Of a stretch of 57,963 nucleotides of DNA, positions 20,271 to 30,929 are shown in pieces. Each line of letters begins with the position of its first letter. The stretch's first letter is position 1. The position numbers and the translations under genes are program-made. The stretch lies in the sequence record SRR31156797_979; one strand, written 5' to 3'. A model generated the notes under the pieces. It was given only the letters and a program-made list of their open reading frames with translations. It searched no databases and was not told the DNA's origin.

Positions 20271-21389
20271 TTAATACATTTTATATTTGCCTGCTAGCAT
20301 CAATAAACAGAAAAAATACAAACAATTATCGTAATATCTTCTATTCCCTTTTCTTAGAGGTGTATTCCAAAACTCACATAACCACTTTTTACGATGTTTC
20401 CCGTCTGTTGCAAGTGAGCCTGCTGCATTTGTTGCAATAATAGCAACTGGGTGCATTGCCTCTTCCTCTAGCTCCGTACCATCAATCATATACGCTCTGT
20501 AATCTTTTGTTTCTATTTTATCGATAAAAAATCCTTGGAGATTATCAATTATTTCACTGTAAAGATTATCTGTATCACACCATAAAACATCTAATCCCAT
20601 ATTCATCGCTACACGATAGGCATCGGAATAGAATTCGAATTTTTTATGCAACAATTTAGGTTTACCATTATATAGAGCATATTCAGGAGTCATTCCAGTT
20701 TGTTTATGGCAGCTTAGCTTCAAATATTTTCTGCTTGCATCAGCGGCTTTTCTCCAAAACTCTCTATCTTCATCGTTAGCCATCTCAGCAAATAATTCAT
20801 AGAAGTGGGGCAAATGGTATGATGGATCGGTAAACTCACAGTTAGGAACAAACTTAATATAATAATTATCTTTGTTCCACATTGCATTACCATCTTCTAC
20901 GAGTTCATCCTGATGAATACAATATTTTAAAATATTTTTAGCCTGATGCGAATAATTGAATGGTTCCTCTTGATCGCCCCATCTGGAAGATGCGAAAAAC
21001 AAAGCCATAGCAAAGTATTCTTCGCCATCTGGCGCAGGCCCCTCAAAATTCTTTATTCCAGCAGGAGATACAGACCACGCAAAGTAACCTTTGTGCTCTC
21101 CATCATGTTGATACATATACCTCTTTGAAAATAGCCATAATTTATCAAAAATATCCTGCCTATCCATCTGTACAGCCATCATCATGCCATAGCTCATGCC
21201 TTCAGTTCGTACATCATCATTTCCTGTATCCAGCATATATGCCATATTATTCTGATACTCAAAATAAATCTTTTCATCTGGATCAAAAAACATTGTTTCA
21301 AAAGTCTCATTGATTTTTTCTTCAGCTTCCTTGCTGGATACTCCAATTAATTCAAATACATTAGGGTACTCTTTTAATAATTTACTCAT
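20271..21389 (-). CDS. GH8 reducing-end xylose-releasing exo-oligoxylanase (Rex-like)
   Basis: DVRTEGMSYGMM, GYFAWS, PAPDGEEYFAMAL, FTDPSYHLPHFY, SDAYRV, RYYDNCLY. No signal peptide. Confidence 0.88.
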   Translation of the reverse strand: MSKLLKEYPNVFELIGVSSKEAEEKINETFETMFFDPDEKIYFEYQNNMAYMLDTGNDDVRTEGMSYGMMMAVQMDRQDIFDKLWLFSKRYMYQHDGEHKGYFAWSVSPAGIKNFEGPAPDGEEYFAMALFFASSRWGDQEEPFNYSHQAKNILKYCIHQDELVEDGNAMWNKDNYYIKFVPNCEFTDPSYHLPHFYELFAEMANDEDREFWRKAADASRKYLKLSCHKQTGMTPEYALYNGKPKLLHKKFEFYSDAYRVAMNMGLDVLWCDTDNLYSEIIDNLQGFFIDKIETKDYRAYMIDGTELEEEAMHPVAIIATNAAGSLATDGKHRKKWLCEFWNTPLRKGNRRYYDNCLYFFCLLMLAGKYKMY

Positions 21390-21520
21390 CTCAACACTAT
21401 CCTTATAAACACGTTACAAGCATTTGCTTTTCTACTAATATAATACTTAATATTGTCAATATCTATAGTCTATTATTAAAGATGAATAAAATCATTCCAA
21501 AAAGCATACTAATACTTCCG

Positions 21521-23056
21521 TTAATTAGATAATTTCCCCTTTCGATACTGTATTGGGCTGACTCCTACGCTTTGCAGGAACTTGGATATAAAATATTTAC
21601 TTTCACTAAAACCAACTTCATTTGCTATTTCATATACCATTTTATTTGTGTTAAGCAGTAACTTTTTTGCTTCATTTATTCTTAATTCATTCACATATTG
21701 TTTAATAGTCACACCTTTTGCATTTCTGAAAGTTCTACCTACATAAGTTGCATTGAGATAAAATTTCTCAGCAATATCCTTAATAGTAAGGGATTCTTTG
21801 TAGTGACAATGAAGATAATTTATTATGTCCTGATAAATCCCCTGGTTATGTACTGCTCTTTGTTCTTCAACCAATTTGTATATCTTATTAAGCTGGGAAG
21901 TTTGATAGTCTTTCCACTGATTATAATTCATCAAATAAGGTCCATTATCCCATTCTGGTGACTGAAAATTCTTTGCCTGTTCATTCTTTATATTTAATGT
22001 TGTCAATACATCAATTATCAAATAATATATTCTATAACTGATTTCATAAATGTACTCAATCCTGATTTCTTTGTGGATTATTTCATTCGCCATTTTTTCA
22101 AAGTCATTTGTAATCTTTTTGAAGTCTAACTCCAATAGATTTCTCTTAAAGTTCTCCAAAAACGCTTTTTTCGTTTCAATCTTATTATTTCGCTCAATAT
22201 TCTCTTGATAATCATAATCAATATAGTTTTTGCCGCTGTAAAAAATCTCAGATAATAGATTATACAAATTTTTAGTATAATCTTCTCTAAAACTCTCTTT
22301 TTTTATACTAAAGATTTCAAAATCCATTAGTACAGAAGCATCAATATTAGCACTTTTGAGCTCGCACAATAATTTTTTACCGCAGTTCGTGTAATTGGAA
22401 TTAATGCTTTTCAGAGCATCTTTATTAATTAGATATGTATGAATACACCCAATGGATTTTGCTAAAATATAATTATCTTCACCAAGCATTCTCCTGAGAT
22501 AATTTCCTATTACATCCAAGTGATTTTTCTTTAAACTGTGTTCTTTGCTGTCCATAATAACACAATGCATCAAAAAATATTTTTCCAAGTCCTCACGAAC
22601 ATCATGCCTTCCATTATAAAGTGTCTCAAAAAGTCTTAAGTCATTTTTTATAATAAATGCATTTTTCGCACATGTCTCCTCCATGAGCTCCTTTTCAATT
22701 TCGTGCAATAATGGAATTGCTTCTTCTTCATCAATAGGTTTACTTAAATATGCTTTTACATCATAACGAATTGCTTTTTGTGCATACTCAAAATTATTAT
22801 AACCTGACAGCATAATAACCTTGATATCCTTATATTCACTGCTTCTTAAATAATACAAAAAACTTATGCCATCCATTATCGGCATATTAACATCAAGTAA
22901 TATTAAGTCAGGCTTTAGCTCAAAAAGTTTTCTTTGTGCATCTTTACCGTTTCTTGCTGTTCCGCACACATTAAATCCACAGTCTCTAAATGGTATAGCA
23001 TTTGAAATATTATCTCGGATGGCCTTTTCATCATCAACAATCATTACTTCGAACAT
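21521..23056 (-). CDS. YesN-type response regulator (receiver plus AraC HTH)
   Basis: VMIVDDE, LLDVNMP, LSGY, YLSKP receiver; C-terminal AKKLL...VYEIANEVGF...GVSPIQYR AraC domain. Confidence 0.93.
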   Translation of the reverse strand: MFEVMIVDDEKAIRDNISNAIPFRDCGFNVCGTARNGKDAQRKLFELKPDLILLDVNMPIMDGISFLYYLRSSEYKDIKVIMLSGYNNFEYAQKAIRYDVKAYLSKPIDEEEAIPLLHEIEKELMEETCAKNAFIIKNDLRLFETLYNGRHDVREDLEKYFLMHCVIMDSKEHSLKKNHLDVIGNYLRRMLGEDNYILAKSIGCIHTYLINKDALKSINSNYTNCGKKLLCELKSANIDASVLMDFEIFSIKKESFREDYTKNLYNLLSEIFYSGKNYIDYDYQENIERNNKIETKKAFLENFKRNLLELDFKKITNDFEKMANEIIHKEIRIEYIYEISYRIYYLIIDVLTTLNIKNEQAKNFQSPEWDNGPYLMNYNQWKDYQTSQLNKIYKLVEEQRAVHNQGIYQDIINYLHCHYKESLTIKDIAEKFYLNATYVGRTFRNAKGVTIKQYVNELRINEAKKLLLNTNKMVYEIANEVGFSESKYFISKFLQSVGVSPIQYRKGKLSN

Positions 23057-23184
23057 TTCCTTCTCCTCTCAAAATGTTACAAGCAGCTACATTAATATTT
23101 ATGATGTAAACAAAAATATTACTTCATAAAATTCAATGTATTAAACCTTTTCAACTTTCTTCTTCTTTACTTTGCTTAATGTTT

Positions 23185-25047
23185 CTAGCTATTTCCCTCC
23201 ATACTGTCTAGAGTAATGCGAAACGGGCTAGCAGGAAGACCGTCAGCATTGTATAGATTCGCTTTTGTTGGATTATCTCCCCACCCATATCTGATTTGAT
23301 TTACATTTGTTATGGTTGATATGTCTATAACCACATTATTATCCTGAATTTCTGCTCGTACAGGCAAAAAATCTCCCGCTTCATTACCTGCCTCAAATCC
23401 TGTCAGCTGTTCTCCTTTACAAATTAATCCACCTCCTATATTACTAAAATAAATAGTAAATTTATTACTATTTAGCTTACCGTCATTTAATAAAGGTCCG
23501 CATGATATAATATCTTCACCAAATAAACATTTCCTGGCACAGAGAGATAAACGTCTGCCTACCTCCTTTTTATTTTGAGGATGTAAATCTGCTGCTTCTC
23601 CAATATCCACAGCACTTGCCATAGCTGTATTTTGAATTGATAAGCATAATCTCTGTTGATTACGTATTTCAGAAATACCTGTGTCGCTTACCTTGCTCAA
23701 CGGATCAGTATAATTCGCCAATTGAACATATAGAAAACAAATTTCTTTATTAAATAGTCCCCGCCATTCATGTACCATAGCTTCAAAAAGTTCTTTGTAG
23801 TTAGTTGGAGAAGAGACATTTGACTCCCCTTGATACCACAGTACGGCTTTAAAAACGTAATTTCTGACAGAGAACAATTTTGAATTAAATAGTCCTGTTG
23901 GGAATAATGGCAGGAAAGTATTCTTAGGGCATTTCTCTGTCTGTGCCCCAATAGCATAATCCCATTCTCCTACTAAGTCATATACCATATCATCTATTTT
24001 TAAATAATACGGCATTCCCTCTACAAATCCTCCTATACCATTATTTATATTAAGTTTAATTTTTATTTCATTGTCACCTTGCTTAATCAAACTCTGTGAG
24101 AAGAAATATCTCCTAGGCGGATACCTATAAGCTGTTTCTCCCACAACCATATCATTGACATAGCTTGTGTCTGAATCAATCATTGAGCCAATATATAATA
24201 GTGCATCTTTGTTTTTATTTATCTTAGTATTTATAGTGATTTTTTTTCTAAACCATATTAATCCGCTGAATTCATCTAATCCTAATTCATCAGTTAGGTT
24301 AGGCATTTCACAGGATTTCCAAGCTAATTTATCATATTGTATTTCTTTATCCTGTAATTGTTTATTCCATTTATCTATCTCTTTGAGTTCTCTATCTAAC
24401 AAAGCTCTCATATTCTCTTTGTCGATCAAATGAGTTATCTTTGATTCATAATCACCAAAGGATTTTAACGTACTTTTACTCATCCATGCTTCAATACTAC
24501 TTCCGCCTACGGCATTTAATACTAATCCAATAGGTACTTGGTATCTGTTATACATTTCTTCTGCAAAAAAGTATCCCACTGCACTAAAATCCATAATATC
24601 TATAGAGTTTACATTCTTCCATTCTCCGCCTGTTACTTCTAAATTATATTCATCAAAATCCGGTTCATTTCCAACTATAAACTGACGGATATTCGAATTA
24701 TTTACTCGGGAAATCTCTTCCTCATATAAATCCAAAACTCTTGAAACAGGTAATTCCATATTGGACTGACCGCTTAATAGATATACATCACCAACTAAAA
24801 CATCCTTTATTTCAATTGTTTGACTTCCCTCGATTATCATGGAATAAGGACCACCCGGTTCAAAATTTTCCAAAACTATCTGCCAGCAATTTTCTTCATC
24901 AACTGCACAAGAATATACTTTATCTTGGAACTTTACTACAACATGTGAATTCTTAGTTTCTTTTCCCCATATTTTCACTGCAGAATCCCTTTGGATAACC
25001 ATACCATCATTAATTAACGGGGATGTATATAATCCTGTTTTACTCAA
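23185..25047 (-). CDS. SGNH/sialate O-acetylesterase-like carbohydrate esterase
   Basis: GDVYLLSGQSNM, FSAVGYFF, GGSSIEAW, LWYQGESN, DLHPQNK, GLPASPF. TTG start after the AAGGAG RBS. Confidence 0.85.
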   Translation of the reverse strand: MSKTGLYTSPLINDGMVIQRDSAVKIWGKETKNSHVVVKFQDKVYSCAVDEENCWQIVLENFEPGGPYSMIIEGSQTIEIKDVLVGDVYLLSGQSNMELPVSRVLDLYEEEISRVNNSNIRQFIVGNEPDFDEYNLEVTGGEWKNVNSIDIMDFSAVGYFFAEEMYNRYQVPIGLVLNAVGGSSIEAWMSKSTLKSFGDYESKITHLIDKENMRALLDRELKEIDKWNKQLQDKEIQYDKLAWKSCEMPNLTDELGLDEFSGLIWFRKKITINTKINKNKDALLYIGSMIDSDTSYVNDMVVGETAYRYPPRRYFFSQSLIKQGDNEIKIKLNINNGIGGFVEGMPYYLKIDDMVYDLVGEWDYAIGAQTEKCPKNTFLPLFPTGLFNSKLFSVRNYVFKAVLWYQGESNVSSPTNYKELFEAMVHEWRGLFNKEICFLYVQLANYTDPLSKVSDTGISEIRNQQRLCLSIQNTAMASAVDIGEAADLHPQNKKEVGRRLSLCARKCLFGEDIISCGPLLNDGKLNSNKFTIYFSNIGGGLICKGEQLTGFEAGNEAGDFLPVRAEIQDNNVVIDISTITNVNQIRYGWGDNPTKANLYNADGLPASPFRITLDSMEGNS

Positions 25048-25079
25048 ATGAATTCTCTCCTTCCAAAATAGCAATTGTA

Positions 25080-27062
25080 CTAATAAATCTTCCTATCATG
25101 TTTATCTTTAATAAGAGTTTTTCTAAAAAAGTAAGAATTAATAACATCACGCCATTCTCTGCTGTGCTTCTGCTGATGTATAAATCTATCCAAAGTTCTC
25201 TTATATGATTTTTCTTCTATTAGCTCTTCTAATTCTATCCACAATGCTGCCATTTCATCAACTTCCTCAACACCCTCGAAATGCGTATCATAGATATGTT
25301 GTATTATTGTCTTGCCGCTGCTTAAAACATAGTCATAGGACATATGATGAAAAAACAGCAGTAATTCCTCCGGACACGTTTCCGCCTTTTCGTATTGTGA
25401 TGCTAAAGGCTCATTGTACTGACCGGTGTAACCGGTTCCAGAAGAAGACCTGTCAACACCTATACCCTTACAATCCGCTCTGTGATAAGCTCCCCACCTT
25501 GTATATTCAAATCCATCAACACTAGGTCCGTAATGATCACACGCTCTGCACATCCAGCCGATTCCTAATGGAGCCGAGTAATGTTCATAAGCAGGCCATG
25601 ATACCATCAAAATATTTAGTATATTATTAACTATTTTCTTATTGTTGCCAAAGGTAAGCTTAATCCATTCCTCTGCAATTGCTTCTGATGAGAGGTTAGT
25701 ATTCCATGCTAAACGACCAAATCCATATAAATTTGCTGCCGCTAAATCATGTCCTGTCCAGTTTTCATCATTTCCAGTATTAGTTACGGCTGTAATACCG
25801 CAGTTTTGCTGATTAAATGCTCTGCCAGAAACTATATCAGTAACAGTGCTGTTCTGTGAGTCACAGAATGTTTGGAATTCCAATACTTCTTTAAACATAG
25901 GAATCAGATAACATACATGTCTTTGCTGTCCTGTATATTCCTGAGCTATCTGTACCTCCAGCATTTGATTGGTATTCTTCAATCCTCCAAAAAGTGGTGC
26001 AACAGGCTCTCTTACCTGAAAATCCACAGGTCCATTCTTTATCTGCAAAATAACATTGTCCGCAAACTTTCCATCAAGCGGCATAAAGTTATCATATGCA
26101 GCTCTAGCGCGGTCTGTTTTCAAATCACGCCAATCCCTCATGCAATTGTATACAAAGCATCGCCATATTATTAGTCCGCCATAAGGCTCTACTGCCTTTG
26201 CCAATACATTAGCGCCATCAGCCTGCGTCCTGTTATATGCATATGGTCCCGGTCTACCCTCTGAATCGGCTTTTACTAGAAAACCACCAAAGTTTGGAAT
26301 GCTTTCAAATACAAGTTTCGCCTGCTTGCTCCACCATTTAGCAACATCCTCATCCAATGGGTCTGCACTGTCTAGTCCTCCAATAATAATAGGTGCAGCA
26401 AATTCCAAACTAAGATAAAGCTTTATACCATAACCATAAAATATTTCGGAAAGCATAGATAACTTATCAAAGAACTTCGGTGTTATAAATTCTATAGCTT
26501 CATCTGCGACATTAACATTATTAATTACTACAGCATTAATACCCACTGAAGCTATTAACCTTGCATAATCTTTGGTTCTATCATTTACAATAATATCTGC
26601 TGATTCAAAGAAGAAAGATTCTCCAGAATAACCTCTTTCAATAGAACCGTCAATATTATCCCAGTGATTGAGCATTCTTAAAGGATTGTATGGAGACTCT
26701 TTTATTGATATTCCTTGCAGACTTTCACCAGTTCCTATCATTCTGATAATATGAAATATTCCATACAATATTCCTTTTTCACTGCCCTTAATGAAAATGG
26801 TATTTTCAATATCTTTGACAATGAATCCTTCTTTGGTTAAACCATCTAACTGCTCATTAACAATGACAATGACAATGCCTGCCTCTTCCCTGCTAGTCTC
26901 TATCATTGTAAATCCCAGCATATTGGATACAGCAGTCTTAAGCTCCTCAATGGCGTTAGTTATAATAGTGTTTTTTTTATCAGAGTAGTACTTACGAAAG
27001 TAATCACTGTCAACATAGTCATTAACTCTTTGGTATTTTAACCAAGCCTGTTCCCAATTCAT
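25080..27062 (-). CDS. aguA: GH67 alpha-glucuronidase
   Basis: RMLNHWDNIDGSIERGYSG, INNVN, VKADSEG, IKNGPVDFQVREP, QEYTGQQ, ELLLFFHH. Start MNWEQAW after GGAGGA. Confidence 0.95.
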   Translation of the reverse strand: MNWEQAWLKYQRVNDYVDSDYFRKYYSDKKNTIITNAIEELKTAVSNMLGFTMIETSREEAGIVIVIVNEQLDGLTKEGFIVKDIENTIFIKGSEKGILYGIFHIIRMIGTGESLQGISIKESPYNPLRMLNHWDNIDGSIERGYSGESFFFESADIIVNDRTKDYARLIASVGINAVVINNVNVADEAIEFITPKFFDKLSMLSEIFYGYGIKLYLSLEFAAPIIIGGLDSADPLDEDVAKWWSKQAKLVFESIPNFGGFLVKADSEGRPGPYAYNRTQADGANVLAKAVEPYGGLIIWRCFVYNCMRDWRDLKTDRARAAYDNFMPLDGKFADNVILQIKNGPVDFQVREPVAPLFGGLKNTNQMLEVQIAQEYTGQQRHVCYLIPMFKEVLEFQTFCDSQNSTVTDIVSGRAFNQQNCGITAVTNTGNDENWTGHDLAAANLYGFGRLAWNTNLSSEAIAEEWIKLTFGNNKKIVNNILNILMVSWPAYEHYSAPLGIGWMCRACDHYGPSVDGFEYTRWGAYHRADCKGIGVDRSSSGTGYTGQYNEPLASQYEKAETCPEELLLFFHHMSYDYVLSSGKTIIQHIYDTHFEGVEEVDEMAALWIELEELIEEKSYKRTLDRFIHQQKHSREWRDVINSYFFRKTLIKDKHDRKIY

Positions 27063-27085
27063 TGTTCTCTCCTCCATGAATATCA

Positions 27086-29260
27086 TTAATTTTCTATATC
27101 TTTATCGTATAGTACTTTATCCATGTTACATATCAATGTCTTACTATATGGTTTCTTATCAAGCAGCTCTGCACTTCTATTATCAGGCTGAGAGCTGCCA
27201 ATGTACACTATGTATTCACCTTTATACAGCATCATTTTTGCACTTTCGTCAAATAGACCAAATGCTTCAATAGGTAAACTAATTTTGACAGTTTTCTTCT
27301 CACCAGGCATCAAGCTGATTTTTTTCAGCCCTTTAAGCTGAGGATTAGGACTATCCTCTCTATTTGCCTTAATATATACCTGAACTGTTTCAGCTCCCTG
27401 AATTTTTCCTGTATTTGTAACATCTACACTGCAATTAACCTGTTTATCGTGCATTATTTCATCTGTATCAAACGTAATATTAGAGAACTCAAATTTTGTA
27501 TATGACAATCCATATCCGAATGGATATAGTGCATCATTTGTCATATAGCGATATGTTCTGTTTTTCATTGAATAATCAGTAAATTCAGGCAGCTCTTCGG
27601 TAGTCCTGTAGAAAGTAACTGGCAGCTTTCCTTCCGGAGAGTGGTCTCCAAATAGTATTGATGCAATAGCCCTGCCGCCTTGAGCTCCCGGATACCATCC
27701 CTGTACAATTGCTGATACATGTTCATCAGCCCAAGTACATGCTAATGCACTGCCTGATAAAATGATTAATATTACTGGTTTACCGCTTGCATATGCTGTT
27801 TCTAATATCATCTGCTGTCTGCCGGGGAAATTTAGATTTAGCTTATCTCCGCTGGCAAATTCATTGCCTGTATCGCCCTCTTCACCCTCTAAGCCAGCAT
27901 CAAGACCAAGACATACTACAACTACATCACTTACGTCACACACACCCTTTACTTCTGATAGTCTGTCATCCTCCTGCCCAAGACCGCCCATCTTGCTCTT
28001 ATACAAATGACAGCCCTCTGAGAAATATACTTTTACATCATCTCCAACATACTCTTGGATTCCTTCTGAAACGGTAAAGTACCTGGAAGCTGTACCCTCA
28101 TAATTTCCGATAAGTGCTTTCCTGCTGTTGGCATTAGGACCAATTACGCCAATGCTTTTTATCTTTGATTTACTTAGTGGTAAAATCCCATCATTTTTAA
28201 GTAGTACTACAGACTTTTTAGCAGTTCTTAAATTTAATTCTATATGTTCTTTCTTATCAATTTCTTCGTAACTAATATCTGAATATTCTACTTTCGATGA
28301 TTCTTCAAATATTCCAAGTTTCATCTTAGTTGTATATAGATTCTCTACAGCTTCTGTTACACGTTCTTCACTAACCAGTCCTTGCTTAACTGCTTGTAAT
28401 AAATATCTGAATATATCTCCGCAGTTTAAGTCACAGCCGTTATTTATTGCCATAGCTACGGATTCTACAGCACCTTCAGTAATCTTATGATTTACATGAA
28501 AATCCTTTACAGCCCAGCAGTCTGATACTACATGCCCTTCAAATCCCCATTCATCACGCAATATATCCATAAGCAATGTCCTGCTTCCGCAGCAAGGTTC
28601 GCCATTTACACGATTGTATGCACCCATAACTGCTTCAGCCTTTGCCTCCTGTACGCAAGCCTTGAAAGCTGGAAGATAAGTCTCATACATATCCTGCAGA
28701 CTAGCCTCTGCATCAAAGCTATGACGAATGCTCTCTGGTCCGCTGTGAACAGCGTAGTGTTTCGCACAAGTTGCTACCTTCAAATACTCACCATCACCCT
28801 GCATCGCATTGATATAACGCACACCTAATCTGGATGTCAAGAATGGGTCTTCACCAAATGTTTCATGACCTCTTCCCCATCTTGGATCCCTAAATATATT
28901 TATGTTTGGTGACCAAAACGTCAGTCCTTTGTATATATCAGTATCCCCATACTTTTGCTGCATATTAAATTTGGCTCTGCCTTCTGTTGATATTACATCT
29001 CCGATTTCAGCAACCAAATCTTCGTCAAATGTTGCAGCAATGCCAATAGCTTGGGGGAAAACAGTTGCTACGCCAGCACGTGCAATACCATGAAGAGCTT
29101 CATTCCACCAATTATATGCTTTTATTCCCAGTCTATCAATTTTCGGCGCTGCATGTAGAGTCTGGAGCACTTTTTCCTCCAAAGTCATCTTTGCAACTAA
29201 TTCTTTTGCTTTTAGAGCAAATTCATCATTTCTGTTGCGCCATTGTCTACTATCTTTCAA
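27086..29260 (-). CDS. GH3 beta-xylosidase
   Basis: WWNEALHG, FWSPNINIFRDPRWGRGHETFGEDP, KHYAVH, VVSDCWA, EGEEGD, YPFGYGLSY, FnIII tail. Confidence 0.93.
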   Translation of the reverse strand: MKDSRQWRNRNDEFALKAKELVAKMTLEEKVLQTLHAAPKIDRLGIKAYNWWNEALHGIARAGVATVFPQAIGIAATFDEDLVAEIGDVISTEGRAKFNMQQKYGDTDIYKGLTFWSPNINIFRDPRWGRGHETFGEDPFLTSRLGVRYINAMQGDGEYLKVATCAKHYAVHSGPESIRHSFDAEASLQDMYETYLPAFKACVQEAKAEAVMGAYNRVNGEPCCGSRTLLMDILRDEWGFEGHVVSDCWAVKDFHVNHKITEGAVESVAMAINNGCDLNCGDIFRYLLQAVKQGLVSEERVTEAVENLYTTKMKLGIFEESSKVEYSDISYEEIDKKEHIELNLRTAKKSVVLLKNDGILPLSKSKIKSIGVIGPNANSRKALIGNYEGTASRYFTVSEGIQEYVGDDVKVYFSEGCHLYKSKMGGLGQEDDRLSEVKGVCDVSDVVVVCLGLDAGLEGEEGDTGNEFASGDKLNLNFPGRQQMILETAYASGKPVILIILSGSALACTWADEHVSAIVQGWYPGAQGGRAIASILFGDHSPEGKLPVTFYRTTEELPEFTDYSMKNRTYRYMTNDALYPFGYGLSYTKFEFSNITFDTDEIMHDKQVNCSVDVTNTGKIQGAETVQVYIKANREDSPNPQLKGLKKISLMPGEKKTVKISLPIEAFGLFDESAKMMLYKGEYIVYIGSSQPDNRSAELLDKKPYSKTLICNMDKVLYDKDIEN

Positions 29261-29344
29261 ATAACTCTCCTCCGCTTGTAATAATAATTAATCAAGCAAT
29301 TTGCTTTCTATATTTCAAAAAACTATTACACTTTTACTTTCCAA

Positions 29345-30928
29345 TTATAAATACATATCCAAAGTATCTTTTACTCCTCGAACTTTTGAGAGCATTTGGT
29401 CAAAATAATCCTGTACTTTTTCTCCAAGACCGATATCATATAAATTCACACCAAATATTTTCTCATTTTTTAGGAAGTCGCTTATATCTTTGCTTTCGCC
29501 TATTTTCAGTTCACCAAATACCATTCTTAGCTCATTCATCAATGGATCAGAACTAATCTCAAATGTATTGCCACCATCGTCTATACCTACTAAATATCTG
29601 CACCATGCAGCTAGTGCCAATGGAATACCGATTAGTGCAGATGGCTCCAAATCTGAAGAGTCTCTATATGATTTAATAGTCTCACCAAAGCGAATAGCTA
29701 CCTTTTGTGATGTATCCATGGCAATTCTTTGGGGAGTATCTGGTATATTCGGGTTAACTAATCTCTCATTTACAACCTCATCTATAAAAGTCTTAGGATT
29801 AATAATTTTGGGGTCAACAACTACCTTTAATCCCTCATCATAACCGATTTTTTTGATTAGCTTAACCATAGTACTGTCTTTCATCTGATTAGCTATCAGC
29901 GTATATCCCAGCAGACATCCAGTCACAGCCAAAGCTGTATGCAGTGGGTTAAGGCAGGTTGTAACTTTCATAGTTTCTACATTATTAACAGTATTCCTGT
30001 CAGTAAATATTACTCTATCAGATGAAATATCAATTCTACCATTAGGGAAATGATCCTCAATAATTAAATATTCACATACTTCAGAATTAACAAATGGAGC
30101 AGTGCTTAATCCTTTATCAGTAACGATTAAGTCCATATCCTCCAGTCCTATAGATTCTAAGTGTTTTTTTACACTTTCTGCTGGGCGTGGAGTAATCTTA
30201 TCAATCATTGTGTAGGGAAATGAAACCTTTGTCTTGTCATTAAGATAATCAATAAATCCCTGCTCAACTAATCCTTTTTCTTGCCATTTCTGAGCTATCT
30301 CCTTTATTGCATTACCAACTTTATCTCCATTATGAGAGCAGTTATCCATACTTACTATTGCAATTGGATATGCTCCGTTCTGGTATCTTTTATGTAATAA
30401 TGATGCAGTTATGCTCATCGTGTGCTTAGGATTATCAGGGCCATTTTCAATTACTTTTAAATAATCCCCATTAATATCTCGTATAGCATAGCCTTTTTCT
30501 GTAATTGTAAAGCTAATCATCTTTAACGATTTCTTTGAAACTATAGTTTCAAGTCTTTTATAATCGTCACTGCCATTAATGCCTTTAAGAGCTTCTGTTA
30601 TACTAGCTATTATTCTTTTGTGATAATTCCCCTCAGCGTCCATAATTACTGAAAGGCTTAGATTATCGTATGCTTTGTAGTATTTGTCGATAATTTCATA
30701 ATCATAGCTCTCTGCAACTATAATTCCAGTATCAACTCTGCCATCTTCAATAGCATCCTGCAGAGCAGCAGCTATGAAAACTCTAAAAATATTCCCACCG
30801 CCAAAATGAATCCACTCAGGGTCGTTATATGTTTTCCCTCTTAAAGCGACAATATCATATTGTGGCAATGCTATATTATTATCCTGCCATCGTTCACTAG
30901 ATTCTAATTGATTTAAACTTAGCTTCAT
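29345..30928 (-). CDS. uxuB: Mannitol dehydrogenase family D-mannonate oxidoreductase (fructuronate reductase)
   Basis: WIHFGGGNIFR, SFTITEKGY, SMDNCSHNG, MIDKITPRP, MKVTTCLNPLHT, DTSQK. Directly downstream of uxuA; start MKLSL. Confidence 0.82.
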   Translation of the reverse strand: MKLSLNQLESSERWQDNNIALPQYDIVALRGKTYNDPEWIHFGGGNIFRVFIAAALQDAIEDGRVDTGIIVAESYDYEIIDKYYKAYDNLSLSVIMDAEGNYHKRIIASITEALKGINGSDDYKRLETIVSKKSLKMISFTITEKGYAIRDINGDYLKVIENGPDNPKHTMSITASLLHKRYQNGAYPIAIVSMDNCSHNGDKVGNAIKEIAQKWQEKGLVEQGFIDYLNDKTKVSFPYTMIDKITPRPAESVKKHLESIGLEDMDLIVTDKGLSTAPFVNSEVCEYLIIEDHFPNGRIDISSDRVIFTDRNTVNNVETMKVTTCLNPLHTALAVTGCLLGYTLIANQMKDSTMVKLIKKIGYDEGLKVVVDPKIINPKTFIDEVVNERLVNPNIPDTPQRIAMDTSQKVAIRFGETIKSYRDSSDLEPSALIGIPLALAAWCRYLVGIDDGGNTFEISSDPLMNELRMVFGELKIGESKDISDFLKNEKIFGVNLYDIGLGEKVQDYFDQMLSKVRGVKDTLDMYL

Positions 30929-30929
30929 A

